DNA of 64,000 nucleotides. It comes from Candidatus Woykebacteria bacterium (GTDB lineage: Bacteria; Patescibacteriota; Microgenomatia; Woykebacterales; RBG-16-39-9b). Made by a program: the position numbers and the translations under genes. The stretch covers positions 328,547 to 392,546 of the forward strand of contig JBBDPM010000006.1 of the NCBI GenBank assembly GCA_040876345.1, given 5' to 3'. Positions within the stretch are counted from its first letter, which is position 1. Each line of letters starts with the position of its first letter. The notes under the pieces were generated by a model. The model saw nothing but the letters and a program-made list of their open reading frames with translations, was not told where the DNA came from and did no database searches. Below are positions 21,201 through 29,641 of the stretch, one piece after another.

Positions 21201-23169
21201 TAGCAGTGTTATTTGCTAAAACTTGCTTTGGGGTATCGACATTTATATTTCCGTTCGCACTCAAATCCCCAACAGTGGTCTTTAACCAAGCTATTTCTTT
21301 AACTATCACCGTTACGGTTCCCGTATCAACAACTGTTGGATACGAAAAATCAGATTCTGAAGTTGCTTTAACAGTTAAAATATAAGTGCCGGGTGCTTGG
21401 TTAAGAGTAGTGATGGTGAAATTTGTAAGGGAAGACCCCGGGGGGTGAGACACTTTCCTGGGATTCCAAGGATTAGAGTTGTCCGCCACTTTAAAATCAG
21501 CTGGACTGCAAGGATCTGGATCGCAATCTATTACACTCATTAATGCTTTTGACGTAATTGGCCAGCCAACACTCCAGTTTATAGAAATATCAGTACTGTT
21601 GGAACTGTTTATCCCCATGGGAACTGGGCTTGGGGAAACAACATCCAAAGTAACATCTAATTTATTCGTGATACCAAGAAGAATAGAGCTAGAACTTGTC
21701 GAATAAGCAAAGCTGTAAGCAGCCGTCCTACAGTTATCAAGAGGCTGGTTGGGCAAAGTGCAAGTTGGAGCGGGTGCGCCGTTATATGTTTGCGAAACTC
21801 CATCGTTACTACACGGTGCTCCCCCTGCATCATTACAATACCACTTTGAAAGATAAGCCGACCATAAATCTCCACCAGATGGGCCTATGCCAGGATCCAC
21901 AGTAAATTGAGCATCGGAAACACCTTTAGTGTAACCAGCTGTCCCAAAGCTATTTACATTTATCTCAACGGCATTGAAATCGTAAAGTCTTGCAATCAAC
22001 TGAGCAAAACTGTTCGAACCTCCAAAAGCCTCATCGGAATCAAAAACTCCATCAGCGTCTTTATCATTAAAGAATGTCAAAATAAAGTTATCACCAGCAC
22101 CACCACAATTGTGCCAGTTGCTCCAACCAGCCGGGCTCCCAACTGAATCCACGGTTGCATTACGAGCTCGGTACTGAAATTCATAGCGGTGGCCGGCAAC
22201 TCCGTTAAATGTGTAAGGTGATGCCGGCGAACTAGTGGTGTTGAAAAGATCATACCAGCTTCCTCCGTTCATATCTCTAGCTTGCAGCCACCGTTGAGCT
22301 ATCGTAGAATCTGTATCTGAAGCAGAATGAAAAATCCTTACATCATAGTCACCGTTTGATTTACCCACGTATTCTTTTGTACAACTTACCGTTGCTGGCG
22401 AAAGATCAATCCCAAAGAACCACCAGCTGTTTCCAGAGCTCCAAGCAAGTCGGTGTGGAGAAGCACCTGTATCTTTGCCTTCAATACCCCATCCATACCA
22501 ACCATTGGTAAGTCCAGCTGCACTCAAATTTGTGGTGTAGGGAGAGGCGTTGTTAACGGCGAAAGTTCTTGTGGTCGTGATCCCAGTACCAGTATTGTAA
22601 ATTTTTTGGGTTATATTAGTTATGTTTCCGCCACCTGCTGGTGAAGTTAAAGTAACGTTATAAGCAGTTGGGTCGTAATTAAGCCAGTTTCCTGAAACTG
22701 GAGTGTTGTTTCTTGTGTTGGTGGCGGAGGCCGTTGTTGTAAGAGCTGTAGTATCCGTAACCCGGGTGGTACCAGAGTAAGAAACTGAGTCCACCCCACT
22801 ACCCCAAAAATCATGGTACCCAGGCTCCACTACGTGAACCCAAAATCTGTGGACCGATGCCGACATTGGCGTAATCTGACAAGAAGTAACATTAGTGCAG
22901 GTTTTGGTAGGAGTTCCGGTGGTCGTGTCCACCCAAATCTCGATGAGATCGGCTGTTATGGAAGCTGCCGAAGCATCGGTAACAGAGACAGTGTAAGAAG
23001 ACGCCGGTCCTAAGAGAGAGCGAGTAATCCAACCATATCCACCAGCTGCTTGGGCATGAACCTCATTTTTGTTAAAAATCGCCGGATAAGAAAGTAAAAT
23101 AAACACCAGAGTTGTTACAAAGAAAAAACCTATGCAAATTTTTTTGAGATACCCACTAATAAACTTCAT
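18247..23169 (-). CDS. Giant secreted surface protein (1640 aa) with LamG/concanavalin-A-like domain
   Basis: N-terminal signal anchor and Thr/Ser/Asn/Gly-rich composition. LamG_3-like block (VADSTGNGNTGT...GKAQDFSG...WVRVTDSNSLD...TLEAWIKPD). Shares a beta-helix-like module and C-terminal motif with the VWA protein. Confidence 0.8.
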   Translation of the reverse strand: MKFISGYLKKICIGFFFVTTLVFILLSYPAIFNKNEVHAQAAGGYGWITRSLLGPASSYTVSVTDASAASITADLIEIWVDTTTGTPTKTCTNVTSCQITPMSASVHRFWVHVVEPGYHDFWGSGVDSVSYSGTTRVTDTTALTTTASATNTRNNTPVSGNWLNYDPTAYNVTLTSPAGGGNITNITQKIYNTGTGITTTRTFAVNNASPYTTNLSAAGLTNGWYGWGIEGKDTGASPHRLAWSSGNSWWFFGIDLSPATVSCTKEYVGKSNGDYDVRIFHSASDTDSTIAQRWLQARDMNGGSWYDLFNTTSSPASPYTFNGVAGHRYEFQYRARNATVDSVGSPAGWSNWHNCGGAGDNFILTFFNDKDADGVFDSDEAFGGSNSFAQLIARLYDFNAVEINVNSFGTAGYTKGVSDAQFTVDPGIGPSGGDLWSAYLSKWYCNDAGGAPCSNDGVSQTYNGAPAPTCTLPNQPLDNCRTAAYSFAYSTSSSSILLGITNKLDVTLDVVSPSPVPMGINSSNSTDISINWSVGWPITSKALMSVIDCDPDPCSPADFKVADNSNPWNPRKVSHPPGSSLTNFTITTLNQAPGTYILTVKATSESDFSYPTVVDTGTVTVIVKEIAWLKTTVGDLSANGNINVDTPKQVLANNTANSLTAGSDFSRSILHPNSTADSLPPPDHAAVSAGQGYVGYDQSSGNNYIRSYLNFNTSGIPQGSEVLAAEISFDVFNKDIAAGNFDVQIVRKEWSWPGNTLDTNWHLDQQSATTYPGKFLFNTSTLPNPLSGIVVNYGINKNDIVVGGNTKFELKANCQTNTSPPFKDFCSLPSANNYFLIRNIKLTTWWKSDSFSPTSASYESSHGITGQNWTTPIPSPPDGASGGPLSGGIGHSGFYSGSLMRRTYLAFDTTTIEPGFNIRGASVSFKVLDSGVDSNGTNPGIEVGLVRKNWTGSPDVDYHAPPNDYDFADNQPMDGKFNVLDTQGFSDPTGNGNRFSFQVTDLAGINQGGITKWELRSDEPLADSITDYITVQDINLHITLETSADFLVVAKDSINGLVSATDWLVEGYGSINTGFTSDDLFGELWSEFGGKRAKNHPTNGTLPTPTAPANGGVYAYPSVASIKSGNPADEANFTWGSGAVQSGNSTVVLFINGALNIESDLDLGNRKAVFIVKKGISVDGQVSTIDGFFVTNKGFDSGIAQAGGPANWYDTDWQFRKKLTVNYSQVNSTGLLPTDPAVGSHSDFPVYVNLADLGSGFFSNVQSDGGDIVVTSGDGTSKLYRELVSIDAGSNTGELWFRAPSLSTSANTELYIYYGNSAANETNDNATWNSGYSMVLHMNGSGTTVADSTGNGNTGTKRTLTTGPAEIDGLIGKAQDFSGADNTGDWVRVTDSNSLDATSALTLEAWIKPDWLGGWKSVVSKMCGAASPTHHSYTIYAKDNLNKPLSQITTACSGGSENTISGANLQALPLNTWSHVGTRYRHPGELMVMGPSSSSNLCDVRYQNSTANIYSSDKDLYIGGNPTWGQEFVDAKIDEVRVSSVARTIGWIKTGCNNQNSPSSFYTIAPAEGGCVDCSLTVNGGVTAWEGYSLGRDLGGGNVTDPSEIFNFDPAYLYYFARIDPGVDFSLLGEDRGGRLEVAP

Positions 23170-23738
23170 GGTAAAATAAAAATCTCCCTAGCTGAAAAGC
23201 TTTCTTTGCCAAAAAAATTCTCGACTGCCAAAATTTGAACTTGATTGTTCTTTTTCAAAGAATTTATCGAAAGGGTTTGTACTTTATTTTTAACTGAAGT
23301 GGAACCGCTAGCTATGCTTTCTGCTGGAGTGCCTGAGTTGGGCAAAGGTATAATCTTAATTTGATCAATTCGACTCACGTCTATACTATAAATTGTCCCG
23401 GTACTGTCTTCTTTGACTTTAACTAGCCTACTCTTTTCATCCACCTCTTCCACCTTTCCTTCCACCATGAACTTTTGCCCTTCTTTTTGGCCCTCTTGAC
23501 TGCTTTTTTTATCGTTTAATTTTTTGTTGGTTAATAAAGAAGGTAAGCTCTCCTTTATAAAGAAGAGGGCTCCGACAATAGCCAAGGCTACAATTAACAA
23601 AGCTATAATGAAAACTCCTACTCTTAAGATTCGAGGAGCGTTTGGTAAAATATTTGTTTGAAAATCTAAAAGGATTCTGGTTAGAGAATTTGCGGTGTAA
23701 GACTTTACCTCTTGTGGAGCTTTATCCTTTTTTTCCAT
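23166..23738 (-). CDS. Membrane-anchored hypothetical protein, first gene of the surface-protein operon
   Basis: 190 aa with a single TM helix. There is a 4-nt overlap with the start of the 1640-aa gene. Confidence 0.55.
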   Translation of the reverse strand: MEKKDKAPQEVKSYTANSLTRILLDFQTNILPNAPRILRVGVFIIALLIVALAIVGALFFIKESLPSLLTNKKLNDKKSSQEGQKEGQKFMVEGKVEEVDEKSRLVKVKEDSTGTIYSIDVSRIDQIKIIPLPNSGTPAESIASGSTSVKNKVQTLSINSLKKNNQVQILAVENFFGKESFSAREIFILP

Positions 23739-24115
23739 AGGCAGGTATAAATTTATTCTAAAGCTAAAGCTCTCCGAAAGTCAATATAATTACAATCAAT
23801 ATTGCTTAACTAGTTTTTAATTTCATTATATTAACTGCGCAATTGATCGGTTAGAGCAGGTGCCAAAACATCCTCTAGTGTTTTTCCGGGGTACTATAAT
23901 ACTGCAAAACACCCGTGAAACGAAAATCCTGTATTGAAAAGTTAACTTTTGAGTAATATATTTATTCTCTTATATGGTATTTGATAGACTAATATGTATT
24001 CTATTATGACAAGTACTGAGGTTTATTGGTGATTGAATAGTTAAAAAGTCTATTTATCCATACAATACTAAATCTTAATGATAAGTACTCTAGGACTCTG
24101 CCTTTGGGATTCTAT

Positions 24116-24412
24116 TTAATACGTAATGTCGAAATCCCTAAACTCCCCTTTTGCTTTTTGCCACTTCAATTTTACGTCTTCAACCTTAGCAAAACTTGGT
24201 CCTTGCCAACACCATTGGATCAATTTTCCCAACTCTTCATTATCGCCTTCGGCAACTATTTCCACGCTTCCATCAGGCATATTTTTCACCCAACCAACTA
24301 AACCCAACTTTTGGGCAATACTAGCTGTATCTGATCGGTAAAGCACTCCTTGAACACTGCCCGAAACTTTAATATTAACTCTTTCCATAGCCTCAGCTTT
24401 ATAAAATATCAA
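24116..24412 (-). CDS. acyP: Acylphosphatase
   Basis: 98 aa. VSGSVQGVLYR and GWVKNMPDGSVE acylphosphatase signatures. Confidence 0.8.
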   Translation of the reverse strand: MIFYKAEAMERVNIKVSGSVQGVLYRSDTASIAQKLGLVGWVKNMPDGSVEIVAEGDNEELGKLIQWCWQGPSFAKVEDVKLKWQKAKGEFRDFDITY

Positions 24413-24460
24413 ACCTAATTACGACATTTTCTACGAACGGGGATTTTGTCATAGACGAAT

Positions 24461-25078
24461 TTAAAACTTATGCGCGGACATAAGGTATTCTAATTTTTTA
24501 TTACCTAAATCGTTGGTCTCGATGATCAGAGCGTGGTCTTCCAGATTTGCTTTTTTAACGAACTCCCGAAGCTCGCCAGCGATGTTCTCCTTGCTTATCC
24601 AAACACTTTTTTGCCAACCGACAAAACCAAACCTTTTTAGTTTTCTTCTCAATGTGTCTCTGATAATTCGATCTTTCTCTGGAATATCAAACAAAAAAAT
24701 TCGGTATTTTCCATCCCAGTCTTCCCCTTTGGACTCAAAACCAAGATCGAATTTACCTTTAAACGAGGCTAGCTTTTGCTTTCCAAGCTCTGTAATTGCA
24801 AAATAGGCTTTTCCCTTAATTATCCTCTTTTTTACGAATCCTTTATTTCTTGCTCTCCAAAAAGCTTGATTTATTGCACTGTCTTTATAGATTTTCACTA
24901 GATCCGTATAAAGCAATTTGTAGGGGTGGTAAATTATTTCACCGATGGTGAGCTTTCCTTCTGTAAACGGTGCTGCCAAACCTTCTAAAACCTTATTCAT
25001 TGAACTCATAACCGTTAGATAATAACATATATCCGCCAGCTCTTCTATAACAAAATTTACGACCGTGAATTTTGTCAT
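24461..25078 (-). CDS. PaaX-like regulator domain protein (Cas2-like fold motif)
   Basis: 205 aa. WDGKYRIFLFDIPEKDR...RRKLKRFGFVGWQKSVWI block resembles the PaaX C-terminal domain. Confidence 0.4.
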   Translation of the reverse strand: MTKFTVVNFVIEELADICYYLTVMSSMNKVLEGLAAPFTEGKLTIGEIIYHPYKLLYTDLVKIYKDSAINQAFWRARNKGFVKKRIIKGKAYFAITELGKQKLASFKGKFDLGFESKGEDWDGKYRIFLFDIPEKDRIIRDTLRRKLKRFGFVGWQKSVWISKENIAGELREFVKKANLEDHALIIETNDLGNKKLEYLMSAHKF

Positions 25079-25116
25079 AAATAGTAAGGGACTTTGGCTT
25101 TTCTAAAGTATATTTT

Positions 25117-25746
25117 CTATTTGTTTGACTTTTTTAGGAGGCTGATTACTTCTTCATCGGATACTTGAGGAAAATCAGAATAGAACTGGCCGATTGCCAA
25201 AAACGATGAAGGAACGGAAAGGACTATAATGTCATCGACTATCCCCTTAAAATGCTCCACGGTACCGCGTGGAGACACTGGCACCGCAATTATCACTTTT
25301 GAAGCTCCTTCTCTTTTTACAGACCGAATAGCCGCCTCCATGGTGGCTCCTGTTGCAAGACCATCGTCAACTAAAATGGCTGCTTTCCCCTTTAAGTTTG
25401 GCCTCTGGAGACCCTGCCGATAAGCTTTTTCCCTGCGTTCCGCCTCTTTCATCTGCGCCTCTTGTTCAGACATTATGTATTCTGGACGGACTCCAATCCT
25501 ATCGATTAAATCTTGATCTAAAAAAAGGTCTCCGTCTGCGGTTACAGCTCCAATTGCTAACTCAGGGTTGTCAGGTGCACCCAGCTTTCTCGCAACGATA
25601 ATAGAGAGCGGGCACTTTAACTTTTTCGCAATCGCAGCCCCTAAAACAACTCCACCACGAGGAATTGCTAATATAAAGGGCCTCTTAACATTTTTTAATT
25701 GTTGAGAGATCTTACGACCAGCCTCAAAGCGATCTTTAAAGATCAT
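25117..25746 (-). CDS. Phosphoribosyltransferase-domain protein
   Basis: 209 aa. PRPP-binding motif ILVDDGLATGATMEAA. Confidence 0.7.
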   Translation of the reverse strand: MIFKDRFEAGRKISQQLKNVKRPFILAIPRGGVVLGAAIAKKLKCPLSIIVARKLGAPDNPELAIGAVTADGDLFLDQDLIDRIGVRPEYIMSEQEAQMKEAERREKAYRQGLQRPNLKGKAAILVDDGLATGATMEAAIRSVKREGASKVIIAVPVSPRGTVEHFKGIVDDIIVLSVPSSFLAIGQFYSDFPQVSDEEVISLLKKSNK

Positions 25747-25752
25747 GGTGGA

Positions 25753-26142
25753 TTATATTTCGACAAGGCGGGCAAGTTCGGTAACTGCTGGAATATAAAA
25801 TTTTTTTCCAGAGAGCGCTCTATAAACACTAGTTATAGAAGCAACCATTAAAATCCCAACTACGGGAAGTTTAAAAATACTGGGAATGAGAAAAAATGAA
25901 AGGATGATAAAGAGGATTAAAATAAGCGCTTGCTTTGAATGATAGAGGACAAATTCGGAATTATCCTTACGAAGAAGTATTATTGCTGCACTCGCTAGTG
26001 GCATATAACTTAGAGCTGCTACTAAAGCGTCTTCACCAAAGTACTCCCTGACATCGTGGGAGCCACTTTCTGAACCACCTACGCTTTTATTAAAATTAGA
26101 AGGCACTAGCCTCTGTAAAATCGAAGCTGTATTAACCACCAC
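25753..26142 (-). CDS. DUF4870-like small membrane protein (paralog 1)
   Basis: 129 aa. SY.P..S..ILL.K...EFV.YHSKQAL block, paralogous to the next ORF. Confidence 0.5.
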   Translation of the reverse strand: MVVNTASILQRLVPSNFNKSVGGSESGSHDVREYFGEDALVAALSYMPLASAAIILLRKDNSEFVLYHSKQALILILFIILSFFLIPSIFKLPVVGILMVASITSVYRALSGKKFYIPAVTELARLVEI

Positions 26143-26159
26143 AGTTTTCTCCTGCTATA

Positions 26160-26510
26160 TTAAAGATTTACTTTCTCAGCGAGGTCACCAACCACTGGCA
26201 TTTTAAACCGCTCACCGCTGTAAGCTTTGATAAAACCTACAATCACCGCAATTAGTATAACAAGATCGCCAAGATAAATAAGTGGCCAAAGAAAAGCGAT
26301 CATAACACCGACGATCCAAACGATAACTGAGAAGGCAAAAAGTACCACTCCTTGTCTCGCGTGAAATCTTACGTAGTCTGAATCTTTCTTAACTAACAAA
26401 ATCACTATTGATAGAATCCACAAGTAGCTAACGGCGGCAACTAGATTTTCATCACTTTTTGGAGTACCAGTTGGCACAGGTTGATTAGATTCTTCGGGCA
26501 AGTTTATCAC
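26160..26510 (-). CDS. DUF4870-like small membrane protein (paralog 2)
   Basis: 116 aa, tandem paralog of 25753-26142 (SYLW..SI.ILLVKKDSDYVRFHARQG). Confidence 0.5.
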   Translation of the reverse strand: MINLPEESNQPVPTGTPKSDENLVAAVSYLWILSIVILLVKKDSDYVRFHARQGVVLFAFSVIVWIVGVMIAFLWPLIYLGDLVILIAVIVGFIKAYSGERFKMPVVGDLAEKVNL

Positions 26511-26543
26511 CTCCTTAACTAGATCTTATAACAGCTGCAGTAT

Positions 26544-27878
26544 TTACTCAAACAGTTTGGTTTGACCTTCTGCTTGAACCTGAACTTTTCTAAAAGCAGG
26601 ACTCTCTCGAATCAGTCGATCCGAAGTGGGCCATATTTTCACAGTGCCAAAAACTCCGTCAAAACCAGGATCAACTGCGATATCTCCCCTTCTCACCCTA
26701 TCAATACCCTCGGCCACTCTCGGGTTTGAGGAGATTTTTGCGATATCGGCAGCGGTAGCTTTTAACAAAACCGCCATTTCATTACTAAAATTGTTAACAA
26801 GACTCGTGTATTCAACCCTAACTCTATCTGAAGCAGTGGATGCGCCTAAAGCTTCGGAAAGTATCTCCAATAATGGTACCAGCATTTTATAGGAGGGTCT
26901 GCTGTCAGGTTTAAAATCCTCCCCTCTATCTTTTTCGGCCAAATCATTAACTCGATGCATTACCCCGACTGTTAATTTTCTCTTGCAAACTGGACAAATA
27001 ACTCCGTATTTATCAGTCTCTTCTGGTGAGTGTTTAACATCGCAGTTTCGGTGACCAGTGAAGTGATACTTACCCTCCTCTGGAAAAAATTCGATGGTAA
27101 GGCTTATTGCTGAACGACTACCAAACAAAGCCTTCGCTTCTGAACGTTCGTCAGTATTCTCTGCTTGCTTTGGGCTTTTTAGAGCTTCCAACAAGCCATC
27201 GTAACTAAAATCTGTGTCAAAAATTGTCAACTCTCTGCCCATTTTTGGAGCAGAATGAGCATCGGAAAAAGAAACAATTGAGCGTTTATCTAAATCCTTA
27301 ATTCTCCAGTTCATGGCTGGGTCGCTGGACAAACCAGTTTCAATAGCATAAATGTAGGCGGATAAATCTCCAAAACACTCTTCAATCGAGTCAAATCCAG
27401 AATTACTTCCGTAAAGTGAGAACCAAGGCGTCCAAGCATGAGCTGGAATTAAAATAGCCTTATCGCTTACGCTCAGAGCAAGCTCCAACAAATCTCTTGC
27501 TGAAAGTCCGATAATTGGCCGCCCATCGGCAACAAGGTTTGCTCGTTTACCTAACAATGAATTAAACTCCTCAACGTCTTTTAAGTCTGGAAAGTAAAGC
27601 AAGCAGTGGATCCTTCTCACCTTACCACCCTGAGAATAAATACAGGAAATTTCGCTGCCAAGAACAAAGTTTGTATCTTTATATTTATAAAGGCCATTTC
27701 CAGATTCCTTTAGCTGCTCTTTAGTTTCGCGAAACCAAACTGGGTGAGTAAAATCAGCTGAGGAAAGTAGATTAATACCTTTATATTTCGCCCATTCAGA
27801 AAGCGTGTCAAAATTTAAATTTTTACTGGTCGCCCTTGCGTAAGCGGAATGAAGATGAAGATCGGCGACAAACTTCAC
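26544..27878 (-). CDS. Endonuclease Q-like PHP-domain nuclease with zinc finger
   Basis: 444 aa. ADLHLHS.Y, LIPAHAWTPWFSLY and SFSDAHSAP blocks parallel archaeal EndoQ. CxxC...CPVCKRK zinc ribbon. Confidence 0.7.
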   Translation of the reverse strand: MKFVADLHLHSAYARATSKNLNFDTLSEWAKYKGINLLSSADFTHPVWFRETKEQLKESGNGLYKYKDTNFVLGSEISCIYSQGGKVRRIHCLLYFPDLKDVEEFNSLLGKRANLVADGRPIIGLSARDLLELALSVSDKAILIPAHAWTPWFSLYGSNSGFDSIEECFGDLSAYIYAIETGLSSDPAMNWRIKDLDKRSIVSFSDAHSAPKMGRELTIFDTDFSYDGLLEALKSPKQAENTDERSEAKALFGSRSAISLTIEFFPEEGKYHFTGHRNCDVKHSPEETDKYGVICPVCKRKLTVGVMHRVNDLAEKDRGEDFKPDSRPSYKMLVPLLEILSEALGASTASDRVRVEYTSLVNNFSNEMAVLLKATAADIAKISSNPRVAEGIDRVRRGDIAVDPGFDGVFGTVKIWPTSDRLIRESPAFRKVQVQAEGQTKLFE

Positions 27879-27880
27879 AG

Positions 27881-29641
27881 TTAAACTTTAACCTTTCTCT
27901 GCTGCTCGTACATTTTAATGAGTTCTTTCACAGTTGTAGCATCTTCTGGTCTTTTGTCTGCAGAGCGGAAAGACACTAAACGAGGAAAACGTAGCGCATA
28001 ACCTGGCTCCTCTTCAACCTTACCTGCGGTATGCATTGGACTTCGCGTAATTTCATCTGCAAAGACTTCTATAACCAACTTTGGTTCAACCCAAACCGAT
28101 GGTTCGATAATCGAATTTACTCTGGCAGGTTTTCTTGTAACTTTTAACTTGTCAGCCAGCTGGCGGATTTTTCTCCATTCATCATCTGTCAGTCCAGTAC
28201 CTACTCTGCTAACAGACGGGAACTCATCTTTGTCTGGATCGTAGAGACCAACAAGCAAACCACCCACCCCAAAAGCCGTTCTTTTACCAGTTCCTGTATA
28301 AATACCCAGTAACACACAATCTATGGTATCGGACAGTTCCCCAGCTGCCATTCGTTTAAATTTGATCCAATGATACCCTCTACCACCAGCTTTATAAGGA
28401 GAGTCGAGCTTTTTAACCATCACTCCTTCAAGACCAGCAGCAACCTGTTCTTCAAACATTTTTTTGAGTTCTTCCGCGCTTTGGAGGACACTTTCTTTTG
28501 CAACTAACAAGGTTCCTTCTTTATCGATAATTTTCTCAAGCTTTTCCCGCCTCTCTTTATAAGTCAGCTTGGTTATATCTTTGCCGTTTAGATATAAAAG
28601 ATCAAAAGCAAAAAGTTTGAGCGGTAGCTTCAGCGCAAACTCTGCCACAGAGTATTTTCGCCGCCTTTTTGTGGTCTCTTGAAATGGTAAGAATTCTTCC
28701 GTCAAAGGATTATAAGCAATTGCTTCTCCCTCAAAAATCATGCTGTCGGCTTTTATTTCTTCCAGGCAAGCCTTTACTAAGTCTGGGAAAGCGTTGGTAA
28801 AATCCTCCAAATTCCTCGAAAAAATCCTTACTTCTGTTGCTGTTTTTGACTTTTGAAGATGTACTTGGCATCGAAACCCATCATATTTTGGCTCGGCTGC
28901 AAACTCATTTCCCACCCTCTTTATAACTTCCTCTGCATTTGGAAGTCTCTCTGCAAGAGCCGGTCGTACTGGCTTTCCAACCTGTAATTCAATCTTCTCA
29001 ACGCCCTTTAACCCCTTCTGCCAGTAGGTTTTAGCAACGAAACCAAGGTCCGAAGTTTTATTGTACGCTTCTTCAAGGACAGGACGATTGGATTTATCCC
29101 CAGACTTAGAAACTGATAAAGCATCTAAAACTGTTGGGTCACCGATACCAAGTCGTAATTTTGCCAAAGTAATCCTCATTAGATGTTTAGCACTCTTTGG
29201 GTCTAGTTGCTTAAGCATATCCGCCAAAGTGCTTATCTTCTTCTCCATACTCCCTTCTCCAGATGAGGTCGCTATTCTGTATAGACCTTCATGAACCTCA
29301 GATACAGTCAATTTTGAATTTTGGATTGTTAATTCTAAACTTAAGTGTTCCGCCGCGATTCCATGATCGCCAGTCTTACTGATCAACTTACGGACTTCGT
29401 CTCGGGGCTTGTCATACGCTTTGGAAATAGCCAAATCCGCCAACTTATCCGCCATGCCAATTTCGATCGGCTCAAAGAATGGAGCCACCCGCCCTTGAAG
29501 GAGATAAGCAACTTTGTCGATCTCATCAGACGATACTTTTTTCAACATCTCTGAGAGTATTTGTGTGAGTTCTATACGGCTTGATATATTTTCTAGTTTT
29601 TCGAAGTAAGTAGAAATCTCTGAAAATTTCATAACGGTCAC
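27881..29641 (-). CDS. lig: ATP-dependent DNA ligase
   Basis: 586 aa. Adenylation motif I EPKYDGFRCQV, motif III FAFDLLYLNG and motif V MVKK. Has an N-terminal DNA-binding domain. Confidence 0.85.
   Translation of the reverse strand: MTVMKFSEISTYFEKLENISSRIELTQILSEMLKKVSSDEIDKVAYLLQGRVAPFFEPIEIGMADKLADLAISKAYDKPRDEVRKLISKTGDHGIAAEHLSLELTIQNSKLTVSEVHEGLYRIATSSGEGSMEKKISTLADMLKQLDPKSAKHLMRITLAKLRLGIGDPTVLDALSVSKSGDKSNRPVLEEAYNKTSDLGFVAKTYWQKGLKGVEKIELQVGKPVRPALAERLPNAEEVIKRVGNEFAAEPKYDGFRCQVHLQKSKTATEVRIFSRNLEDFTNAFPDLVKACLEEIKADSMIFEGEAIAYNPLTEEFLPFQETTKRRRKYSVAEFALKLPLKLFAFDLLYLNGKDITKLTYKERREKLEKIIDKEGTLLVAKESVLQSAEELKKMFEEQVAAGLEGVMVKKLDSPYKAGGRGYHWIKFKRMAAGELSDTIDCVLLGIYTGTGKRTAFGVGGLLVGLYDPDKDEFPSVSRVGTGLTDDEWRKIRQLADKLKVTRKPARVNSIIEPSVWVEPKLVIEVFADEITRSPMHTAGKVEEEPGYALRFPRLVSFRSADKRPEDATTVKELIKMYEQQRKVKV

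Noticed and set aside
18724-22644. Numerous 60-80-aa ORFs inside the 1640-aa gene on the opposite strand
   Set aside because: They are embedded antisense in a continuous 4.9-kb ORF with coherent domain content, so they are artefactual.
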